Virus record (IMG/VR): IMGVR_UViG_3300006204_000424
Location: 22,382 to 86,381 of that record
Reading direction: 5' to 3' (one strand)
DNA from: a virus
Taxonomy: Duplodnaviria > Heunggongvirae > Uroviricota > Caudoviricetes
Length of the DNA: 64,000 bases
In this document: positions 20,081-28,194 of the stretch, one piece after another
How positions within the stretch are numbered: position 1 is the stretch's first letter
Layout of the letters: each line of letters begins with the position of its first letter
Notes under the pieces: model-generated
Seen by the model: only the letters and a program-made list of their open reading frames with translations
What the model was told of the DNA's origin: nothing
The model's database searches: none
Translations under genes and position numbers: made by a program

Positions 20081-21318
20081 TGCCAATTATCAATGAAACC
20101 ATTATCAGCGGTGTAAATGCCAAAAATGCTACCGCTACCAGCAAGGATATTCTGCAAGGTAAAACTGCTGTTGCAGGAAAAGAATTGATTACAGGTTCTA
20201 TGCCAGACAAAACTGGTCAAACGGTTAATGGCACATTCTATTCTGGCACTACTGGCTATATCACAGGCAAAATTGCTCAAGAGGGACATTATGCTACGAA
20301 TAGTAAATTAAAGATACCTGTATCTAATTTAACTGCCGGGAATATTAAAAAAGGTATTAATATAGGCGGAGTTGTAGGCACTCTTGAACCTATTCCATCA
20401 AATTTGTCTTTGTTTGCCGAATATTTTTCTCCTGCTAATAACGATTCTGAAATTGTAAATTTTAGTAATGGCAGTTTAGCCATACCCAATACATATTCGG
20501 ATCGTGGCGGTGTATGTTTAGTCAATGGCATCACTACAACTGTTAAATCTTTGGTAAATGGCTCTAACGTTAGACAGTTAGTAGGCGGAGGAACTAAAGC
20601 TATGATCAGAGGGAACTATGGAGCTTTTATATCTACTGACTCTGGTTCTATCTGGAAATCCCCCGTTGGCGTTAATATAACTTCTAGTACAAGTGCGGCA
20701 TTTATAAGGTTCAATGGCTCTAAATTTTATGTATGTATAGGTCTGAATTACACAACCCCACACTATGTTTCAAATACTGCCTGTACTTCTTTTTCTGTTG
20801 TTTCTATTCCATCAAATGATTATGAAGTTGGAAGTAGCACTGATGGTATTTGGTATGCTTATAATCATTCACTGGGCGGCATTTATTCCTCCAGTGATTT
20901 AATAAATTGGACAAAAAAATATACTCTCACAAGCAATGTAACAAATTTTATTAGTCTTTACAAACTAGGTTCTATTGTGTGTGCAACTTTTAATGGGCGC
21001 AGTCGTTCAGGTAGCAATAATACTTCTGCCACATATATCTCTTATGATAACGGACTGACATTTAGTGATAGTTTAAGTATCGGTATATCCTCGTCATATA
21101 CTCATCATAACCATATATTTACCCATAAAAATAATATATTTGTATATAGTTTTCATTCTTCTAAATTACCTCAGACAGTCTACAAAGTTGCCAATGGCAC
21201 AAAAACCATTATTAACTTACCAACAGTAAACTCAAAATACCCGAACATTATAGGTTCTAATGGAACATCATTAATTTTAGCTTATAATAATGGCGTTATT
21301 AGAACAATGTCAGTATAA
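20080..21318 (+). CDS. Receptor-binding protein candidate with BNR/Asp-box (sialidase-like) repeats
   Basis: Asp-box-like S-x-D-x-G-x-(T/S)-W/F motifs (STDSGSIWK, SYDNGLTFS) in the C-terminal half. Confidence 0.5.
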   Translation: MPIINETIISGVNAKNATATSKDILQGKTAVAGKELITGSMPDKTGQTVNGTFYSGTTGYITGKIAQEGHYATNSKLKIPVSNLTAGNIKKGINIGGVVGTLEPIPSNLSLFAEYFSPANNDSEIVNFSNGSLAIPNTYSDRGGVCLVNGITTTVKSLVNGSNVRQLVGGGTKAMIRGNYGAFISTDSGSIWKSPVGVNITSSTSAAFIRFNGSKFYVCIGLNYTTPHYVSNTACTSFSVVSIPSNDYEVGSSTDGIWYAYNHSLGGIYSSSDLINWTKKYTLTSNVTNFISLYKLGSIVCATFNGRSRSGSNNTSATYISYDNGLTFSDSLSIGISSSYTHHNHIFTHKNNIFVYSFHSSKLPQTVYKVANGTKTIINLPTVNSKYPNIIGSNGTSLILAYNNGVIRTMSV

Positions 21319-21403
21319 GATACTGATACTATTTTCTTTATAGTAGTATTTTACTTATACAATAATACGATAAAATCATACAAAACAGTGAGGTGAACAA
21401 CAA

Positions 21404-21976
21404 ATGGATTTATCTGAATTTATTATCAGCAAAATAGAAAATATCACCCCCACAGCTATTATTTTCTGCTGTATTCTTCTGTTCCTTATCATTAATTGGG
21501 TCATTTCAAAAAAAGATTTCTTCATTGATACATGGAACAAATTTTATGAACATCGCAAACGCAGGGAAGAATTTTTTCAAATGCTGATTGATGATCATAA
21601 ACGAATAAAAGAGTATGAAGAAAATCGTATCCATGACAGGGAGCAGTCTTTTCAGATTCAAAAACAGCTGATTGATGCCAATGCAAATCTGGCAGAAAAA
21701 CTTGAATCAATGTCCCAGAAAATTGACGCAAATCAAAAACTTACCGATGAGAGATTTGCCGCATCTGAGGAAAGCAGCAAACAGCGTATACGTGCCGAAT
21801 TGAAAGACAAGCTTCTCAGGGCATACAGACAGCATCATGCCGCCGCACACATTTCTTCTATGGAATTAGAGGCAATGTCAGAACTGATTGAAGTATACTC
21901 TCAAAATGGCGGCAATAGTTTTGTACATGAAATCATTGTTCCCGAAATGTATACTTGGGAAGTTGTAGATGAATAA
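21404..21976 (+). CDS. Membrane-anchored coiled-coil protein
   Basis: N-terminal TM segment AIIFCCILLFLIINWVI, then charged coiled-coil. Confidence 0.4.
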   Translation: MDLSEFIISKIENITPTAIIFCCILLFLIINWVISKKDFFIDTWNKFYEHRKRREEFFQMLIDDHKRIKEYEENRIHDREQSFQIQKQLIDANANLAEKLESMSQKIDANQKLTDERFAASEESSKQRIRAELKDKLLRAYRQHHAAAHISSMELEAMSELIEVYSQNGGNSFVHEIIVPEMYTWEVVDE

Positions 21977-21990
21977 TCCGAGGTGGTAAA

Positions 21991-22332
21991 ATGGCTGCCA
22001 AAAATAAAACTGCCCATGCCACAAAAAAGGCTGCAAAACAAAAAGTACAGACATCAAAACTCATAGTATACTCAAGCCTTGCCCTGTCGTGGGCTTTTAT
22101 TATTTTTATTTGCTATGAGATGCACAGGCTATGTGATTTAAGTCCTGTTGCTGTCATAGGAACATCAATTGTAGGAATGATTGCGGCTACAAATGCGGCT
22201 TATATGTGGAGGGCAAAGCAGGAGGATTATTTAAGGCTTGAGTTAGAAAAAATAAAACGGCTCTCTGAAATGAAGAAAAAATATGGAGATGATTTCATTT
22301 CAGAGGAATTACACGAGGTAAATATGAACTAA
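21991..22332 (+). CDS. Small two-TM membrane protein with Lys-rich N-terminus
   Basis: AKNKTAHATKKAAKQK followed by two hydrophobic helices. Confidence 0.4.
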   Translation: MAAKNKTAHATKKAAKQKVQTSKLIVYSSLALSWAFIIFICYEMHRLCDLSPVAVIGTSIVGMIAATNAAYMWRAKQEDYLRLELEKIKRLSEMKKKYGDDFISEELHEVNMN

Positions 22333-22348
22333 ATGAAAGGAGCATTTC

Positions 22349-22399
22349 ATGGAATATTTGTTAAATAAAACTACCCCCCCCCCCGAAAATTTGAACTAA
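22349..22399 (+). promoter_or_regulatory. Leader ORF B (MEYLLNKTTPPPENLN*) containing an 11-nt poly-C tract (22374-22384) upstream of fibre gene B
   Basis: AAAGGAG RBS plus ATG. Poly-C encodes PPP. Paralogous to leaders A and C. Confidence 0.5.
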
Positions 22400-22457
22400 A
22401 TCAATGCGTACTTCAGACGATTTATTGTGGATATTTTCGAAAGAAGGTGTCCGCATA

Positions 22458-23057
22458 ATGATGGATTGGAATTATTTAATTTTAGGCAGAATCAAGAAAA
22501 TTTTAAACTCCATTTCTTCTATACAGAATCTGCTGTCTTCTACACAGAAGCTGATTGGTACAACAACAGACATAGGCGGGAGCCAGACGGCAGGGACGGT
22601 GTTTGGTAAGGAAAATGCGATACTGGAAACGTTGAAAGAACAGAATGCAAAAATCTTTACAAGTATGGTATGGAAGCAGACTGCAAAAAAGGCCGTGACA
22701 ACCGCTATGAGCGGAGTGAAAATATTGAGTTTTTCTTTTGAAAGTCCGGTTAAATTCAGAGCAATAAACATTGAAGGTACTATAGATTTAGGACAATTTG
22801 CTTCGGCGTATTTTATTAACGGAGAAAGCTCATTCACAGCGTTAGCGTCTATTGCCAGTTCTACTGCTAGATATATGATAGCCGTTGACGGTGGTTCCCG
22901 TAACCGCTTTTTACTTAAAACAAGTTTTGGAGAACGCGAAAATATTTTACAGGACATTTGGATAACACAGATAGATATTCATTTCCCTGCTGTTGCTGCG
23001 GATAAAGTTTCAACATACAATGGCTACGTAGAATATCAGGAAGGGCAGGCGGGATAA
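22458..23057 (+). CDS. Short tail fibre / receptor-binding candidate (fibre B)
   Basis: N-terminus MMDWNYLILGRIKKILNS is paralogous to fibre C (MISDWNTVILSKVKNILGK). Conserved upstream TTCGAAAGAAGGTGT element. Start moved from the track ATG 22404 to 22458 by this homology. Confidence 0.5.
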   Translation: MMDWNYLILGRIKKILNSISSIQNLLSSTQKLIGTTTDIGGSQTAGTVFGKENAILETLKEQNAKIFTSMVWKQTAKKAVTTAMSGVKILSFSFESPVKFRAINIEGTIDLGQFASAYFINGESSFTALASIASSTARYMIAVDGGSRNRFLLKTSFGERENILQDIWITQIDIHFPAVAADKVSTYNGYVEYQEGQAG

Positions 23058-23058
23058 A

Positions 23059-23370
23059 ATGCTGTTATATTTGGATGAAAACCGGAAAATCATTGATAAC
23101 AACTATGTAATCAGCCATGCCAGCGCATTAAAGATAATGGCAGAAAATCCCCTTGCGGAATGGCACGATATTGATTTTTCCTTTGCAATGGGCGAAAACA
23201 GGGCTGGATATGATAAAGTCTTTTATCTGGAAACGGATGGGATGATTCGGATTGAGTATGAGGAAATACCACCCGAACCAGCCCCGCCCCTTTCCGAACA
23301 GGAGCAGATTGCCATTGACACGGCGTTGAATGTGGAATACATTGCCTGCCTGATGGAGGCAAATTTATAA
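23059..23370 (+). CDS. XkdW-like protein (paralog 2)
   Basis: About 100 aa. EEIPPEPAPPLSEQEQIAIDTALN motif. Located between the fibre and the XkdX-like ORF as in PBSX-type late regions. Confidence 0.55.
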   Translation: MLLYLDENRKIIDNNYVISHASALKIMAENPLAEWHDIDFSFAMGENRAGYDKVFYLETDGMIRIEYEEIPPEPAPPLSEQEQIAIDTALNVEYIACLMEANL

Positions 23371-23401
23371 CGACTTTGAAATAATATGAGGAGGAATTTT
23401 C

Positions 23402-23542
23402 ATGATTTACACACTGCTGAAAAACAAAATCACACGGGGTACATACGACAGGGAGGATTTGAAAAACAAGATGGACACATACCTGCTGTTCGGACGCATC
23501 ACGGAGGAACAGTATACGGAACTGACGGGGCTGATGGCATGA
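23402..23542 (+). CDS. XkdX-like small phage protein
   Basis: 46 aa MIYTLLKNKITRGTYDREDLKNKMDTYLLFGRITEEQYTELTGLMA. GAGGAGG RBS. Sits immediately before the holin. Confidence 0.5.
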   Translation: MIYTLLKNKITRGTYDREDLKNKMDTYLLFGRITEEQYTELTGLMA

Positions 23543-23614
23543 TTACGATACATGAAAAGTGTTAATATTTCAACATAATCAGGAGTTTAACTGAAATATA
23601 TAAGGAGGAAAATT

Positions 23615-23980
23615 ATGACAGATATTACGATAATTTTAGAAACAATTATTAAGTTGGCTTGTTTGGTGTTTTTGCTTTTTGTAATCCCCTGTTTGAAAAC
23701 CGCTGGGGCAAATAACAAACTGCTGGCGGCATTAAAGGTCTCTGATGAAATTGCAAAAATTGCAGGTATTGTTGTACGTTCTGCAAACGAACTTGAAATC
23801 ACAGGAGACCTTCTAAAACTTGGAATTACAAAGGCTGATTATGCTATGGAACAGGTCAAAAAAGAACTTGAAAGCAGAGGAATTACTTTTAATGAAGATT
23901 TGATTGTAAAATATATCAAAGCCGCCGTGACAGAACTGCGGGTTGAAATTGCGAATACCCCCGCTGAAAAGGAAAACTAA
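23615..23980 (+). CDS. Phage holin
   Basis: 121 aa with N-terminal TM helix LACLVFLLFVIPCL and a charged C-terminal tail. Upstream of the endolysin. Confidence 0.6.
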   Translation: MTDITIILETIIKLACLVFLLFVIPCLKTAGANNKLLAALKVSDEIAKIAGIVVRSANELEITGDLLKLGITKADYAMEQVKKELESRGITFNEDLIVKYIKAAVTELRVEIANTPAEKEN

Positions 23981-24048
23981 ATAACTTTATTTGAGCAGGG
24001 TAAACCACCCTGCTCTATTCATTTCATACAAAAATGAGGAGGAATTCT

Positions 24049-24096
24049 ATGTATTTATTTGTTAGTAAAATCACCCCCCCCCCCCCGAAAATTTAA
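24049..24096 (+). promoter_or_regulatory. Leader ORF C (MYLFVSKITPPPPKI*) containing a 13-nt poly-C tract (24074-24086) upstream of fibre gene C
   Basis: GAGGAGG RBS plus ATG. Paralogous to leader B. Confidence 0.5.
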
Positions 24097-24156
24097 CCTA
24101 AAAACAAGACTTATTCCAGCCAGATTTTGTAAGTATTTTCGAAAGAAGGTGTTTGC

Positions 24157-24726
24157 ATGATTTCGGATTGGAATACAGTTATTTTGAGTAAGGTAAAAAA
24201 TATATTAGGTAAGATTACAGAACAAAGCAATAAAATAGATGCTGCCAGTTCTATTGCAGAAAATATCCATACAAAGATTGATACGTTGGATGAAAATATA
24301 AATGGAATTAAAACTACATCTGATTCTATCAGTTCAAGCGTGTCAAGTCTTGGTACAATCAATTCAAACGTTTCCTCTGTGAAAAATACCGTTTCAAGCA
24401 TGTCTTCTACGCTGTCTACGGTAAATACTAATGTGAAGAATTTAATGAATAGCGGGAATAGTGTGGTAAAGAGTGTACAGAGGGGAATCGTTAGTAGCAG
24501 TAGAACAATAACTATTTCGACTGTTAATTTATCTAAAAGTATTATTATTACATCTGGCGACGGCCCCGCTGCTTTTTTTGTTAGTAGTAATAGTAGTCTT
24601 TATGGCTCATATGGTCTGGGACGATTCGAAAGCAGTACCCAAATATTTATTAATGTTGCACGTGGAAGTTATGGGGGAAGTTCGTATAGTGCTCAAGTAG
24701 CCTGGCAAGTTATTGAATTTTATTGA
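24157..24726 (+). CDS. Short tail fibre / receptor-binding candidate (fibre C), located between holin and endolysin
   Basis: N-terminal paralogy to fibre B. Ser/Thr/Asn-rich repeats. Confidence 0.5.
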   Translation: MISDWNTVILSKVKNILGKITEQSNKIDAASSIAENIHTKIDTLDENINGIKTTSDSISSSVSSLGTINSNVSSVKNTVSSMSSTLSTVNTNVKNLMNSGNSVVKSVQRGIVSSSRTITISTVNLSKSIIITSGDGPAAFFVSSNSSLYGSYGLGRFESSTQIFINVARGSYGGSSYSAQVAWQVIEFY

Positions 24727-24749
24727 TAAATGGAAATGGAGGTGAATTT

Positions 24750-25052
24750 ATGTCTTTTATTTATGCACAAATTGATGAAAATAATATCTGCTGCGCTGTT
24801 TCTAATCTTTCTGGTGAAATATTCGATACACATTTAATCCCTATTCAAACATTCGACACAACCATGATTGGGAAGAAATTTTCAGATGGTCACTGGCTGG
24901 AAGTGCCAAAATCAGAAATGGGAGAAACCATAGCTCCTGAACCCACACAGCTTGACCGCATTGAAGCTGCCATAAATATGAAAAATAATGAAATTTCAGA
25001 AAGGGCAATTGATACATACACAAAGCAACTGTTGGAAAACGGTTTACTTTAA
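24750..25052 (+). CDS. XkdW-like protein (paralog 3)
   Basis: ETIAPEPTQLDRIEAAINMKNNE motif, nearly identical to the one at 19385. GGAGGTG RBS at ATG 24750. Confidence 0.5.
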   Translation: MSFIYAQIDENNICCAVSNLSGEIFDTHLIPIQTFDTTMIGKKFSDGHWLEVPKSEMGETIAPEPTQLDRIEAAINMKNNEISERAIDTYTKQLLENGLL

Positions 25053-25110
25053 CCTTATACTTCCCTGCCCTTCATCGGGTAGGGATTTTTTTACGAAATG
25101 AGGTGACAAA

Positions 25111-25743
25111 TTGTCAAAGAAAATGACAGGCAAAGAATTAGTGGCATTTGCAAGGTCTAAAATTGGAACACCTTATGTTTATGGTGCAAAGGGTGAGGTT
25201 TTAACAAAAGAAAAATATGACTGGCTGAAAAAACAATATGGTTCCTTGGTTTGGGACAGCGATAAGAAAAAAATCGGAAAGGTTTGTGTGGACTGCTCAG
25301 GACTGCTCTCTTGGGCTTGTGGTGTTGTTTTAGGCTCTAGTCAGTGGAATAGTCATGCTGATGTGAAAAAGCCGATACAAAGCATCTCAGAGGCTCCTAT
25401 GGGGGCTTTGGTCTGGTGTAAAGGACACATTGGCGTTTACAGTGGTTTGAAGAATGGAGTCCCTTGCTATATCGCAGCAGATGGATCAGCATATGGTGTG
25501 CGGGAAGTGCCATTGAGCCAGAATAAGTTCACACATTGGCTGCTTGTCCATGATTTTTTCGAGTATGAGGAGGACGAAATGGTAGAAAGAGATATGATTG
25601 TTGTAAATGATACAGAATATAGTGTTGATATGATTCGGAAAGATGGGACTACGTTTATTAAAACCAGGGATATTGCTGATATTCTAGGAATGAAGGTATC
25701 GAGTAATGGGAGGATTCCTGTGTTGGAGAGTGGGAAGAAGTGA
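25111..25743 (+). CDS. NlpC/P60 (CHAP-like) cell-wall peptidase, endolysin
   Basis: Catalytic Cys context CVDCSGL and His context KGHIGVYSG. End of the lysis cassette. Confidence 0.65.
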   Translation: MSKKMTGKELVAFARSKIGTPYVYGAKGEVLTKEKYDWLKKQYGSLVWDSDKKKIGKVCVDCSGLLSWACGVVLGSSQWNSHADVKKPIQSISEAPMGALVWCKGHIGVYSGLKNGVPCYIAADGSAYGVREVPLSQNKFTHWLLVHDFFEYEEDEMVERDMIVVNDTEYSVDMIRKDGTTFIKTRDIADILGMKVSSNGRIPVLESGKK

Positions 25744-26131
25744 AGTTATGGCATTTGAAATATCAGATTTAGAATTTATAAGTGGAATGGGATTATACTT
25801 AGATAAATTGCAATCTTTACCTGATGAAATTGCAAAAAAAGAAGCATTGTATGCTTTGATCCGCACTGGTGTATTGGATAAGGATGGCAAGGCAAAAAGT
25901 TGTATTGTTTCTTTAGTGTGAAGTTTCTTTAGTGTGAAAATAGATGTGCTAAAAATAGATAGGAGCAATATAGTATATACTCCACATAATATAACTGTAA
26001 AAACTTTAACATCATGCCTCTTGCCTTTTTTCTCTAATGGCATTATAATAAATCTGCATAGAATGACAAATTTCGCTTTTCTTATATAGTATACTGTTAT
26101 TGCTTAAACAAAAAATAAGAGAGGTTATTTT

Positions 26132-26350
26132 ATGCGTCCAAAAAAGAAGTTATCCAAGATGAAAGGGGATGTTTATATGCGGACTATAACTGATTCTCAT
26201 ATGAATGATTTGAAAAAACGCGCATCTCAAAGACGCATCCTTTTCCCCAATCAAAAAAACTCAGAAGATGTAAAACTAGAAAATGATTTTTTTGAAGATG
26301 TAAAGAATAAAATGTATGAACAAATTTCGGAGGATGAAAAATGGAATTGA
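26132..26350 (+). CDS. Putative antitoxin partner of the MazF-like toxin
   Basis: 72-aa ORF overlapping the toxin start by 10 nt. Basic N-terminus. Confidence 0.4.
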   Translation: MRPKKKLSKMKGDVYMRTITDSHMNDLKKRASQRRILFPNQKNSEDVKLENDFFEDVKNKMYEQISEDEKWN

Positions 26351-26760
26351 AACGTGGGGAAATATATTATATAACTTTTCCATATACCCTTGATCCAAAG
26401 TATCCTAATGGTAAACCTAAATTTGTATTGGTATTACAAGAGGGCGAATACTTTGCAAAATATAACACGGTTGAAATAATGCTTATTACTTCTGATAAGC
26501 AATATAAGCCTAGAGAAAAATATGCTACTGATGTAGAAATAGAAGTGGGGACAACAAAACTTAAAGATAAATCATGGGTTCTTTGTTCACAACCTTATCC
26601 AATTGAAAAGAAGTTATTTGAGCAATCTGGCGTATGGTGTGCGGGGATGTTATCTGCCGAAAAAATGGATGAAATCGATGAAGCTACTTATATTGGATTA
26701 TGTATGGGGTTACAGCATGAACTTGCACTTGAACCAGCAGATGAAGATTCTGATAATTGA
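26341..26760 (+). CDS. MazF/PemK-family mRNA interferase toxin
   Basis: RGEIYYITFPY...GKPKFVLVLQEG...VEIMLITSDKQ...KSWVLCSQPYPIEKK matches the MazF/PemK fold motif order. Confidence 0.65.
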   Translation: MELKRGEIYYITFPYTLDPKYPNGKPKFVLVLQEGEYFAKYNTVEIMLITSDKQYKPREKYATDVEIEVGTTKLKDKSWVLCSQPYPIEKKLFEQSGVWCAGMLSAEKMDEIDEATYIGLCMGLQHELALEPADEDSDN

Positions 26761-26804
26761 ATAGTTATTTTCTGGCACTATTATCGATTATAATTAAAAA
26801 TTTT

Positions 26805-26834
26805 AGGGATGCTTTTGAGCGTCCCTATTTTTTT
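26805..26834 (+). terminator. Rho-independent terminator after the MazEF-like pair
   Basis: AGGGATGC ttttga GCGTCCCT followed by ATTTTTTT. Confidence 0.55.
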
Positions 26835-27171
26835 GACTTTACGTGTCACCAAAAAAATGGACAGTGAGCCTTCATGGCTGGCTCAGGTCTATGGCGAACC
26901 GGAGATTATGTACGAAAGACATCTGCCGGAATAAGCAGGTGAAACCAGGCAGCGGTCTTGACACATTTATTTACAGCTGATATATATAACGAGGGCGAAA
27001 AGCTGATTCTCAAGCCTTTCGCCCAATCGTATCATAGAATATCTTTATTTACAGACTTTTGCTCACAGATTCCTGTTTTTGGTTACGCCATATTTGAAAA
27101 CAAATGGGCGTTTAAAACATGCAAAACTCGCCTCCTCCCAATATCAGGTCATCCTTGTTTCTGCCAGTAAT

Positions 27172-28170
27172 TTACAAGAAATTAAAATAACTGCCAAGAC
27201 CCTTTTCAAGAGCTCTTTTATAAGCAACTCCAGCAACGGCGATATCCATAGCCCCTGTACCAATAGGAATACATATAATTCGTTCTTTGCTAACATTTTG
27301 TACAGATTTCTTGTTAGTTGCAATTTCACCTATTGTAGCATAGATATTTTCTTCATGAATTTTTTCATCTTCAACTACATCATGCAGGGCTCCACGATGT
27401 AGGCATTGACCAATATGATCAACAATAATTCTATCAGCATTTAGCAGTAAAGTATCTTCGCATTCCGTATAAGAACCCATAGGGAACACAATTTGTCCTG
27501 GCTTGATCCAATCGTCTTTTATGAATTTATCTTTGGATTGTGTGAAAGCAACAACAACATCGCCAACTGCCGCATCTTCCGGATTGTCGCAAATAATAAT
27601 TTCACCTTTTACAACGTTTTTCATATTTTCCTTAAATTTTGCAGCTGCCGCCGGAAGCATATCATAAACCCTCAATTCTTTGATATCAAATAACTCCGCA
27701 AATGCCAATGTCTGCATATGTCCTTGCATACCAGCTCCATATAAGCCAATTTTAATTTCTTTCCCGGTATACAAATATTTTGTCGCAACAGCAGCTTGCG
27801 CACCTGTGCGCAGATTTGTAATCAAAGCACCATCCATCATACATTTAAATTCGCCAATCGAAGGGTCAATCAGCATAATTGCAGCCGTGACATAAGGTAA
27901 TCCCATTTCACGACGTTTTCCAAGAAATCCTCCAGCCCATTTAATACCAGCAATATCCAGCCATCCGACATAAGCAGGCATAGCATTCATAAAACCTTCG
28001 TAAGCAGGATAAGATGCGGTTTCTCCCAAATCAAGATTAACTTTCGTAGGATTAATTGTCGTCCCTTCACCAAACCCGATGAACGTTTTGTCAACAATCT
28101 CAACGATATCTTTCATAGTGAGAAGATTATCAATATCAGATTGTTTCAGTAGCATAGTCTTATGTTCCAT
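27172..28170 (-). CDS. Ornithine cyclodeaminase / mu-crystallin family enzyme
   Basis: 332 aa. N-terminal LLKQSDIDNLLTMKDIVEIVDKTF. Rossmann motif IGLYGAGMQG. Confidence 0.65.
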   Translation of the reverse strand: MEHKTMLLKQSDIDNLLTMKDIVEIVDKTFIGFGEGTTINPTKVNLDLGETASYPAYEGFMNAMPAYVGWLDIAGIKWAGGFLGKRREMGLPYVTAAIMLIDPSIGEFKCMMDGALITNLRTGAQAAVATKYLYTGKEIKIGLYGAGMQGHMQTLAFAELFDIKELRVYDMLPAAAAKFKENMKNVVKGEIIICDNPEDAAVGDVVVAFTQSKDKFIKDDWIKPGQIVFPMGSYTECEDTLLLNADRIIVDHIGQCLHRGALHDVVEDEKIHEENIYATIGEIATNKKSVQNVSKERIICIPIGTGAMDIAVAGVAYKRALEKGLGSYFNFL

Positions 28171-28194
28171 GATTCATTTCCCCTTTCTTTTTAA

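Noticed and set aside
22404-22457. ORF-track start of fibre B at ATG 22404 (MRTSDDLLWIFSKEGVRIM...)
   Set aside because: Paralogy with fibre C and the conserved upstream element place the start at ATG 22458/22461. The upstream 18 codons overlap the shifted-frame leader sequence.
18486-24160. Idea that a +/-1 slip in the poly-C tracts fuses each leader in frame to the fibre protein
   Set aside because: Computed for all three cassettes: no tract length fuses the frames. The alternative length instead places the leader stop on the fibre start codon (coupling). In cassette C the leader and fibre are already in the same frame but are separated by a stop.
13593-25052. Diversity-generating retroelement acting on the repeated fibre-like genes
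   Set aside because: No reverse transcriptase ORF and no template/variable repeat pair were recognisable. The paralogy is at cassette level, not an adenine-specific near-repeat.
26958-27402. Plus-strand ORFs 26958-27170 and 27079-27402
   Set aside because: They overlap the well-supported minus-strand OCD gene and have no RBS.
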